Assembly (NCBI GenBank): GCA_945860915.1
Contig: CAMARR010000011.1
Location: 1,394-65,393 of the forward strand
Length of the DNA stretch: 64,000 nucleotides
Direction: 5' to 3'
From: Candidatus Kuenenia stuttgartensis
GTDB lineage: Bacteria; Planctomycetota; GCA-002687715; CAIWVZ01
The notes beneath the pieces were generated by a model. The model ran no database searches, was not told the origin of the DNA, and saw nothing but the letters and a program-made list of their open reading frames with translations. A program made the translations under genes and the position numbers. This document shows positions 17,859-25,515 of the stretch, one piece after another (positions within the stretch are counted from its first letter, which is position 1; every line of letters begins with the position of its first letter).

Positions 17859-18761
17859 ATGGCGGACTCAGGCGCGCGCGGGGCGACGATCGAAGACCTC
17901 GCTTTCATTGAGGACATCTGCAGAGACATCGCTCTCAAGACGCGAAGCTCCGTCTTGCCCTACCCTGCATTTGCGCTGGCGCTCGGGGATTCACTCATAG
18001 TCCACCGCGCTACGAAGGACGGGCGAACTATCGCTCTGGCAACAGCCATCGATCGAGGTCGGGAGCTCGACCTTTTCTTGATTGCTGTGTCATTCAGCCA
18101 ACGTCGGACGGGAATCGCAGGAGAGTTGCTTGACCAGCTGACCGCGCAGCATCTGAAGGTCGGGAAGAGCCGCCGGATCTTCGCGAACTGCTGGCCAGGA
18201 TCAGGCGGAGGCCCTGGCGCGTTGCTCGCCGCCGGATTCTCGACGGCCCCGGGCAAGGTCCGATGGACTCGCGATGCAGGCCCAACGTCGATTCCGCCTG
18301 CGAAAGTATCCCTCCTTCAGTGGAATGACTTAAAGAGCATCTCCCTCGACCGGCGGGCCCGTCTCTTGGGAGCGGTGGGTGCCGCGTGGCCAGGCGATGC
18401 CGACCCTGTCCCGGTACTGGCGGCGCTCAGCTCGGCACGCGACTCGCAAATCCTCATAGGACTCCACAACGACGAGGTCAAGGCTGTTCTCGCCGGCGTT
18501 TCGGTTGGCGACACGTTCCATATTCTGCTTGGCTTCGAAATCGAAACAGGGCATGGCGAAGGGATCGACGGCGGTCTTGCGATCCTCCTCGAAAACGCCA
18601 AAACCTGTGGCGTGAAGAGCCTTTCCGTCGAAACGGCGGTTCCAACTGCCAGAACCGCTCCAACCCTTACTCGCCTCGGATTCCGATCGGTCGAGGCGGC
18701 GGCGGGCTTCCTCGCCGGGACTCCCGGCCACGCTTTCGAAGGAAACGCCTTCGCACTATGA
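17859..18761 (+). CDS. tandem GNAT-family N-acetyltransferase
   Basis: First half carries the GNAT core LIAVSFSQRRTGIAGELLDQL. Second half has a GNAT-like beta-alpha pattern. ATG at 17859; the track start is GTG at 17820. Confidence 0.7.
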   Translation: MADSGARGATIEDLAFIEDICRDIALKTRSSVLPYPAFALALGDSLIVHRATKDGRTIALATAIDRGRELDLFLIAVSFSQRRTGIAGELLDQLTAQHLKVGKSRRIFANCWPGSGGGPGALLAAGFSTAPGKVRWTRDAGPTSIPPAKVSLLQWNDLKSISLDRRARLLGAVGAAWPGDADPVPVLAALSSARDSQILIGLHNDEVKAVLAGVSVGDTFHILLGFEIETGHGEGIDGGLAILLENAKTCGVKSLSVETAVPTARTAPTLTRLGFRSVEAAAGFLAGTPGHAFEGNAFAL

Positions 18762-18817
18762 ACAGGGCTCGAAACCTTCCGGCCTTGAGTTCGTATCATC
18801 GAGCGGAGGATCTGTTC

Positions 18818-19816
18818 ATGAGAGTCCTGTTATCAGTCATGGTCGCCACGATCTTAAGCTGCGCCATCAGCGCGCAGGTCAAGGTCGGTGATAAGGCAGC
18901 GTGGCCCGAAGCGAAGTCTTTAGGCTACACAAAGATGAAAACCATCAACGAGGCCAAAGGCAAGTTGGTCCTCCTCGAGTACTTCGCCTTCTGGTGAGGA
19001 CCTTGCAAAACGGGCATGCCCCACCTCAACCAGTTGGTTGAGAAATACGGTAAGAAGGGTTTCTTGGCGATCGGCGTGACGAGCGAACCTGAAGGCCCCA
19101 CCAAGGGGTTCATGGAATCCACGTCAGCCAAGATGGCTGTTGCTTTTGAGCCAGGCCTCAAGAGCATGAAAGCGTACGGATTCACAGGGTTCCCATCGTC
19201 TGCACTCGTTTCGCCGAAAGGCGTGGTGGTGTGGACTGGACATCCGTCGAGCCTCACCGAGAAGATCATCGAAGACAACTTGGTCGGTGTTGTGATGAAC
19301 AGCAGCGGCAAGCTCACTGTCGATGTCGAGCTGCCGAAGAAGTACAGCGCGATCGTCAAGCAGCTCGAAAAGGGCGACTTGGGCGAAGGCATGAAGGCTC
19401 TTGATGCCGCAATCGCGGCGCAAAGCGTCAGCGAGACGGACAAAACGGCTCTCGAAGCCGCGAAGTCCGCGACGCAGAACGTCTTGGACGAAGAGACCAA
19501 AGCCGTCGACGCCGCAGTGACTGAAGAACGATGGCACGACGCGACCTTGGGTTGGAAGCGTATCGCGACTCACTTCAAGGGGCACGAGGCTGCCAAGGTA
19601 GCCGACACCAGCGCAGCCGATGTGCTGAAGGATCCTGCAAAGAAGAAGGAGCTCGAGGCCGGCCAACGCATCGCGGACGCCCAGAAGGCAGCAGCTGCGG
19701 GCAAGAAGAAGGAAGCCTTAGGCATCCTCGACAACTTGGGAACCGGGTATCTCAAGGACACCAAGGAAGCGGCACGGGCCAAGACCGTCGCCGACGAGAT
19801 CAAGAAAGACGGTTGA
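18818..19816 (+). CDS. secreted TlpA/ResA-like thioredoxin-fold oxidoreductase with in-frame TGA (candidate selenocysteine) plus C-terminal helical domain
   Basis: SD GGAGGA at 18805..18810 and ATG at 18818. Signal peptide MRVLLSVMVATILSCAISAQ. Track ORFs 18386..18997 and 19016..19816 share one frame, separated only by TGA at 18995..18997. Read-through gives LLEYFAFW-U-GPCKTGMPHLNQLVEKYGKKGFLAIGVT. Confidence 0.7.
19025..19042 (+). other. candidate SECIS-like hairpin (7-bp stem CUCAACC/GGUUGAG, loop AGUU)
   Basis: Read directly. The stem starts 28 nt after the TGA, and the loop lies about 35-38 nt downstream. Confidence 0.35.
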
Positions 19817-19958
19817 TCCTTCAAGGTCGCCATCAAGCGCCCCCGGGTCATTGATCTGGGGGCGTTTTCATTGCCACCGGGACAAAAATCGCAATGATGA
19901 TGGCCGAATGAACCCAAGCGTCGGCGACACCCCGCCACCACGATCAGGACAAACCACC

Positions 19959-21230
19959 ATGCGTTTCGCGGCCATAATTTTAGGACTCGTCGCCAGCACC
20001 GCTTCGCTCCTCGCTCAAACCGAGGCCGCGCCAACAACGATGCCGACGAAGCACGCGTGGATCCGCATGGGAGGCGACCCTGCAACGAAATCAACCCTGG
20101 AAATCGCGCTACGTCGATTCGATCGACCTGACGGAATCGCTGTCACCCTAGTAGGCGTTGCCCACGTTGGTGAAAAGAGTTTCTACGAAGCACTTCAACA
20201 GAAACTGAATACCTTTGATGTGGTCCTCTACGAGTCGGTGCTTCCAGACGGAGCATCACGCCCCGAGGGCTCGAACGACACGGAGCGAACAGAAGCAACG
20301 ACTCGCTCACTCAAGTTCCTAGGTGACACCGCGCGGCGCTTTCGCGAGGAGGCGGGTGCGTGGCCTCTCACAATCGACGAACTCGGCGCATGGGCAAAGA
20401 AGCTAGACCCGCGAGTCGGTCATGGTGTTCGCAACGCATCAACAGACGCATGGGGCATTGCGATCACCTGCGCCGTTGACGCTGCAACCGGGGAATTCAC
20501 GGTTCAAACCACGAGTCGCGATGGTCGCCCATCCTTGACATTCAAAGTCGAACTCCCGACGTCGAAGCCAACCGACAAAAAACCCAAGAAAGCTCCGAGC
20601 AACGTCCAACGGGACTTGGCTCACGCCCTCGGCCTCTCATATCAACTCGACGGCATCGACTATGCCGGTGCCAGCTTCGTTCATGCGGACGCAACCCTCG
20701 GTGATGTCGAACGCGGAATGAAAGCTGCGGGTGGGAACTTCGAGCGAATCGACTCACTTCTGCGAGGATCGGGTCCGATGGGCACGGTCCTTCAACTCAT
20801 GATCAGTCTGATCAAGAACTCCAGTGACGACACCAAAGGAATGATGCGTGGCCTCTTGGTCGAGCTCTTAGCCTCGGCCGACGACAGAATGACCGACGCT
20901 CTCGGCAAAGGAACGTCAGACGTGATCGTTGGGATGCGTAATCGCGTGGCGTTCCGTGAACTTGACCGCTTTCTGATGCAGTCTCGTCCACCTCGGACAA
21001 TCGCGATCTTCTACGGGGCACTGCACCTCGACGACATGTCCGCACGGCTCGAAGAGCGCGGGTTTCGTGCAAGCGCAGCCGACTGGCTCACCGCCATCAC
21101 TGCCGAAGCAACGCCGGGCGGCAACGACAACCTGCGCAAGCAGCTGCTTGGAGGCATGAAGAAGGCCGGAGAAAAGCGTAAAGCACCGACATCACGTCCC
21201 GACTCAAAGCCGGCAAACGAAGGTCGCTAG
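19959..21230 (+). CDS. secreted TraB/GumN-family-like protein
   Basis: ATG at 19959 gives signal peptide MRFAAIILGLVASTASLLAQ. VTLVGVAHVGEKSFY...VVLYE and a C-terminal IAIFYGALHL pattern resemble TraB/GumN; this is from memory. Confidence 0.55.
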   Translation: MRFAAIILGLVASTASLLAQTEAAPTTMPTKHAWIRMGGDPATKSTLEIALRRFDRPDGIAVTLVGVAHVGEKSFYEALQQKLNTFDVVLYESVLPDGASRPEGSNDTERTEATTRSLKFLGDTARRFREEAGAWPLTIDELGAWAKKLDPRVGHGVRNASTDAWGIAITCAVDAATGEFTVQTTSRDGRPSLTFKVELPTSKPTDKKPKKAPSNVQRDLAHALGLSYQLDGIDYAGASFVHADATLGDVERGMKAAGGNFERIDSLLRGSGPMGTVLQLMISLIKNSSDDTKGMMRGLLVELLASADDRMTDALGKGTSDVIVGMRNRVAFRELDRFLMQSRPPRTIAIFYGALHLDDMSARLEERGFRASAADWLTAITAEATPGGNDNLRKQLLGGMKKAGEKRKAPTSRPDSKPANEGR

Positions 21231-24200
21231 GGAGCCGACAGCACGCGCATTGCAAGGACGCCGCCCGACTGGGGCGATCCATCAAATCCGGGGCCGGTCA
21301 CCATCAAGACAAAAGGCTCGCCACCAGCAAGTGGCAAGGCGAGTGGCAACGTCGAAGGACCATTCACTCGCTCGGTGATCACGCTTGTACGTGTTCTGAT
21401 CTCAAGTCGATTGCCCTCGCATCCAACCGGCAATCGGACTTTAATCCAGCCTCGGACCACCGTTCCCTCGCGACGTAGCTCCTCTACGAGCACGACGGGA
21501 CCATTGGAATACAGCCGCTCACCCCGATTGAGATTCAGGGTCACCAGCGGGTGCAGCCCGGTCGGCAGCAACGAACCTCCGTCATCAGAAGACACGATGA
21601 CGCGTTCGGTCGGCTTGGCGAGCAATCGCGTCACGAGGGTGAGTGGATCCGCAAGGACTGTCGACGCAACGATCACCGGCTCTCCATCAAGCCTACGCGA
21701 CACACCACGGGCAGCGTCAGCGTCGCGAAGCGGCCGCGCGGCGCGACCGAATGCGTCGTAGCGGTCGAGCACCTCTGCATCCTGAGGCGCTTGATCCGCG
21801 GCGAGCAGAAAGTTGACTAACAGTCCGTCTGCAACATCTGCTCGAATTCTCCTCCGATCGACGCCTCGGAATGGTGACCGTCGCGCAGTGAGGGTCACAA
21901 TCGTCCCGAACGGCACGTAGGTGTCCCCGTGGCCATCCTCGGACATCCACACTGAAAGTTCCCGAGGGGAGCCTCCAAGCGGCCCCAGCAGTGGAGGCGC
22001 GAGGCCATCCACCGCACCAACTTCAACGACGCCGGGCAGTAACACTTTAGTCTCCTGGTCGCGAATCGTGAAGCGGATGCGAGCAGCAGGAATCAAAGCA
22101 ATTCGGTCAATTATCACGCCATCAGTCGGCACTCGAAGCGAAAGAACATGGTTGGCCCCCCCGGGGGGGATCGGCAAAGCTGCAGCAAATTTCCCTGCGA
22201 CAAGGGGGAACCCTCGTGCCGTTCCAACCGGTACACCATCGATTGCAATGGAAAGATCGGCAGGTGCTTCCGAAGCCAGGCGGCCACGAATCTCAACGAG
22301 CAATGGCGCCGCAACAGCATCGAATGGCACATCGCGAATGCCGCGCGGCATGGCGACAGGGCCTGAGATCAGGATCGTTTCTCGGGTGTGCGATGTTGCG
22401 ATTGCACGGGACGTCGGGCCCGAACCCGATTGCGGACGGGTAGCCTGGGCTTCGAGTGGTCTGGAAAGAAGCAACGCCACAAGAAGCAGGAGTACCGCGG
22501 GACCATCGGCCTTGCGTCCATACTTAGCGAGGAATGCTGCGACTTTTTCGCTCCCTGAACCCTTGGGCGCTGCGACGTTCGAGGTCCCGTCTTCGACAAT
22601 TACGCCTTCATCTCCCATTTCCATTAAGAAGCGTGATGGCGTGCGCGATTCCTCTTTGCCAAAGCGCACCCGCTTGGCTGCCCGTGACAACCATAGGCGT
22701 TCGCGCGCGCGAGTCACCGCAACATAGAAAAGCCGTCGCTCCTCTTCGATGCCCTTTGACTCTTCGGCGGCATCAAGGTCGTCATCTCCGGAGCCGGAGC
22801 CGATTGAGTTCTGATGGGGCAACAGTCCTTCTTCGCAGCCGACGATGAACACATTGCGGTACTCGAGACCCTTTGAGGCGTGAACGGTGAGGAGCGAAAC
22901 CGCATCCTTGTTCTCATTTTCGTCCTTCTTGTCCTGATCACGAAGCGAAAGGTCCTCAACGAACTTCGCAAGCCCGCCACCCCGACGTGTGTCGTGTTCG
23001 CCTGCCGCTTCAAGGAACTCCTCAAGCACCGCGAGTCTCCCCTGCCGCTCAAGCGGGTCAGTAGTTTCAAGCTTGATGTAGTCGCGGTAGTTCACGGTTT
23101 CAATGATGTGGTTGAACGCGGCACGCGCCGACTGCTTGCCTTGTTCCCGCATCGTACGGATGAGCGACAACAGCGCGGCGGAACCCTCTCGCGCCGGCGT
23201 ACCGAACGAAGAGATCCCTGACTCGAGCGTAGCCAAGAGGCCGGCGCGACGTTCGCCCGCAGCCTTTTTGATGACATCCACAGACGTCTTCCCGATGCCG
23301 CGCGCAGGTGTATTGACGATCCGTAGAAATGCCGGATCGTCACGGTCGTTAAGTGCGGCACGTGCGTACGCGAGGAGGTCACGAACCTCCCGGCGGTCGA
23401 AGAACGAGAATGTCCCCAATACTCGGTAGGGAATCTGCCGCGTCCGGAGCGCCTGTTCGAGCGGGCGGCACTGACGATTAGCCCGAAACAGCACAGCGAT
23501 TTCGCGGAGAGCATGCCCCTCGGCCACCAACGTCGCCACGTTGCGGCCAACCCAATCTGTCTCTTCACGATCATCGGGGGCAACAAAAAGCGTGATGGGC
23601 TGCCCCGTGCCTAAGGCAGACCAGAGTTTCTTCTTGCGTCGCGCGCTGTTAAGCCCGATGACTCGATTGGCCGCAGACAGGATTGTCATCGTCGATCGAT
23701 AGTTCTGCTCAAGCGCAACGACCTTTGCGCCCGGAAAATCCCGGGTGAACTTGAGAATGCGGTCGGGCTCGGCACCGCGCCAACCATAGATGGACTGGTC
23801 GTCGTCTCCGACGCAGCACAGGTTGGGAGCGCTGCCCGCAAGCAGACGCATCAAGTGATACTGCGTCGCGTTCGTGTCCTGATACTCGTCAACCATCCAG
23901 TAGCGCCACCGCGCCTGAACCGTCGCCTGAAGACTCTTGTCACGTTCCAGAACACGCAGAGGCAACAAGATCAGATCATCGAAGTCCACGAGTCCTCGAT
24001 CTCGCAGCATTTGTTCGTAGCGCTCGTAGGCGTCGACGATGCGCTCCTCTTTAGGGTCGCGGGCCGCGGCAGCAGCTGCTTCGGGTCCTAGGGCCCCGTT
24101 CTTCCACATTGAGATCTTGAAGTGCGCGTCTTTGGGCTGAATCTGGTCACGCCCCATTCCAATCTCACGAAGCGCATCGGCGACGAGGTCCTGTTGATCC

Positions 24201-24541
24201 CCTGAATCTGCGATCGTGAAGTTCTTCGGAATACCAAAATCGGCGCCGTAGTCTCGCAGCAGACGGACACCCAAGCTGTGGAACGTGCAGATCGTCAAAC
24301 CTTCGGTTTTCCCATGCAGCAATGTGCTCGCACGCTGCGCCATTTCCTTGGCTGCCTTATTGGTGAAAGTCACGGCGCCAATCGCCGTTGGCGGAACCCC
24401 TTTCGACACCAGGTGGACAATGCGACTCGTAACGACTCGAGTCTTGCCGGTTCCCGCACCGGCGAGCACCAACAATGGGCCTTCGGTTTGGAGGACGGCC
24501 TGTTGTTGTTCTGGATTTAATCCCGTGAGATGCGCAGCCAT
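21227..24541 (-). CDS. PcrA/UvrD/Rep-family SF1 DNA helicase fused to a ~430-aa C-terminal region of unknown function
   Basis: All SF1A motifs are present (AGAGTGKTRV, TFHSLG, VDEYQDTN, GDDDQSIYGWRGA, LEQNYRST, TVHASKGLEY, YVAVTRARE) within residues 1-677. The ORF then continues into ADGPAVLLLLVALLLSRPLEAQA plus 400 aa. Confidence 0.9.
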   Translation of the reverse strand: MAAHLTGLNPEQQQAVLQTEGPLLVLAGAGTGKTRVVTSRIVHLVSKGVPPTAIGAVTFTNKAAKEMAQRASTLLHGKTEGLTICTFHSLGVRLLRDYGADFGIPKNFTIADSGDQQDLVADALREIGMGRDQIQPKDAHFKISMWKNGALGPEAAAAAARDPKEERIVDAYERYEQMLRDRGLVDFDDLILLPLRVLERDKSLQATVQARWRYWMVDEYQDTNATQYHLMRLLAGSAPNLCCVGDDDQSIYGWRGAEPDRILKFTRDFPGAKVVALEQNYRSTMTILSAANRVIGLNSARRKKKLWSALGTGQPITLFVAPDDREETDWVGRNVATLVAEGHALREIAVLFRANRQCRPLEQALRTRQIPYRVLGTFSFFDRREVRDLLAYARAALNDRDDPAFLRIVNTPARGIGKTSVDVIKKAAGERRAGLLATLESGISSFGTPAREGSAALLSLIRTMREQGKQSARAAFNHIIETVNYRDYIKLETTDPLERQGRLAVLEEFLEAAGEHDTRRGGGLAKFVEDLSLRDQDKKDENENKDAVSLLTVHASKGLEYRNVFIVGCEEGLLPHQNSIGSGSGDDDLDAAEESKGIEEERRLFYVAVTRARERLWLSRAAKRVRFGKEESRTPSRFLMEMGDEGVIVEDGTSNVAAPKGSGSEKVAAFLAKYGRKADGPAVLLLLVALLLSRPLEAQATRPQSGSGPTSRAIATSHTRETILISGPVAMPRGIRDVPFDAVAAPLLVEIRGRLASEAPADLSIAIDGVPVGTARGFPLVAGKFAAALPIPPGGANHVLSLRVPTDGVIIDRIALIPAARIRFTIRDQETKVLLPGVVEVGAVDGLAPPLLGPLGGSPRELSVWMSEDGHGDTYVPFGTIVTLTARRSPFRGVDRRRIRADVADGLLVNFLLAADQAPQDAEVLDRYDAFGRAARPLRDADAARGVSRRLDGEPVIVASTVLADPLTLVTRLLAKPTERVIVSSDDGGSLLPTGLHPLVTLNLNRGERLYSNGPVVLVEELRREGTVVRGWIKVRLPVGCEGNRLEIRTRTSVITERVNGPSTLPLALPLAGGEPFVLMVTGPGFDGSPQSGGVLAMRVLSAP

Positions 24542-24572
24542 GGGAGGGTCGAGACGTTAGCATCTGCGAGTC

Positions 24573-24824
24573 ATGAAGGTTCCGGCACTGCTGTTCATCG
24601 CCATTGGCCTCGTCGGGTGCGGGAACGGCGAGACCCCGCCTCCCCAACCCGCGCGCAGTCGCCCGTCCGAGGCGGAGCTGACGTGCCCGGTTGAGGGTAC
24701 GCGATTCGTCCCGTCACGCGGCGTCGTCGCCGACCTCGGGACATCCGGTCTTCAGGTCTGTTCACGAGGGTGCGCGATTCGGGCTGAGGCCTCGCCCGAG
24801 CGCTATCTCCAGAAGGCGAAATGA
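24573..24824 (+). CDS. small YHS/TRASH-like domain lipoprotein
   Basis: Lipobox IGLVGC. LTCPVEG...(x)...VCSRGCAIRAEASPERYL fits the YHS pattern CPV.G ... C...C...F...PE.Y. Confidence 0.6.
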   Translation: MKVPALLFIAIGLVGCGNGETPPPQPARSRPSEAELTCPVEGTRFVPSRGVVADLGTSGLQVCSRGCAIRAEASPERYLQKAK

Positions 24825-24825
24825 C

Positions 24826-25515
24826 GTGCAAGGTGCCCCGGATCCCATTCCGAGTCGTCCCGCCGAAAGGCTGGATGTACGAATCGAGTTCCCCGGCATC
24901 CGAGCCGTCATCGCAGTTACCGGAGCCACCTCGAATGTCGGCAAGACTCGTACCTGCGAGGAGTCGATTCGGGCGCTGGTTTCCGCAGGACACCGTGTTG
25001 CCGCCCTCAAAGTGACGCGCGCTCACTTGGGCGATGCGTGTCCGCGCGGCGTCTCCGCATGCGGCACCTGCACTAGCCTAGACGAGCCCTTTCGCATCGT
25101 GACAGATCCCGCGATCCTCGCGACACCGAAGAAGGACACCGCTCGTTACCTTGAAGCCGGGGCTCACCGAGTCATGTGGCTGCTGGTACGTCCGTCGGCG
25201 ATGCGAGTAGGAATAATCGCCGCACTGTCCCAACTTGAGCCGGGAGTAATCCTCGTAGCTGAAGGCAATTCGTTTCGTGATTTTGCGTCGGCAGATGTCA
25301 CGCTGATGGCGTGGTCCCGCCGCTTTCCAGCCAAGAGCTCCGCGCTGGCCATCTTGGATCGTCTAGATGGTTGCGTCGAGCGGCCTGATCTTGCATCCTT
25401 GAACAACGGGACCGAATTCCGTTCACCCAACCTGAGTGTCCCGCAAGTGCCACCTGATGAGATTGGCGCCTTCGTGCTCAAGCACGTCGCTTCGAGGCTC
25501 ATCGCCCGTCCGTGA
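24826..25515 (+). CDS. MobB-like P-loop NTPase with Cys-x6-C-x2-C insert
   Basis: GTG at 24826 lies 1 nt after the upstream TGA. Walker A is VTGATSNVGKT, and the KKDTARYLEAGAHRV and ILVAEGNSF layout is MobB-like. The track ORF 24691.. extends 5' over the YHS gene in another frame. Confidence 0.6.
   Translation: MQGAPDPIPSRPAERLDVRIEFPGIRAVIAVTGATSNVGKTRTCEESIRALVSAGHRVAALKVTRAHLGDACPRGVSACGTCTSLDEPFRIVTDPAILATPKKDTARYLEAGAHRVMWLLVRPSAMRVGIIAALSQLEPGVILVAEGNSFRDFASADVTLMAWSRRFPAKSSALAILDRLDGCVERPDLASLNNGTEFRSPNLSVPQVPPDEIGAFVLKHVASRLIARP

Noticed and set aside
18386-18817. 5' part of track ORF 18386..18997 (203 aa), reading MARRCRPCPGTGGAQLG...
   Set aside because: It is Arg/Pro-rich off-frame sequence overlapping the GNAT gene. 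Only the last 60 codons, from ATG 18818 (with SD and signal peptide), look real, and they belong to the TGA-containing thioredoxin-fold gene.
21227-24541. UvrD-like helicase as a phage-defence helicase (Gabija GajB-like and similar)
   Set aside because: The helicase motifs are the full canonical PcrA/UvrD set. No partner nuclease, ATPase or other defence-associated gene is adjacent. The anomaly is the C-terminal extension, not a defence context.
24691-24825. 5' extension of the P-loop ORF overlapping the YHS lipoprotein gene
   Set aside because: The extension is Arg/Ser-rich and overlaps a better-supported gene in another frame. GTG at 24826, immediately after the upstream stop, gives a start just before the Walker A strand.
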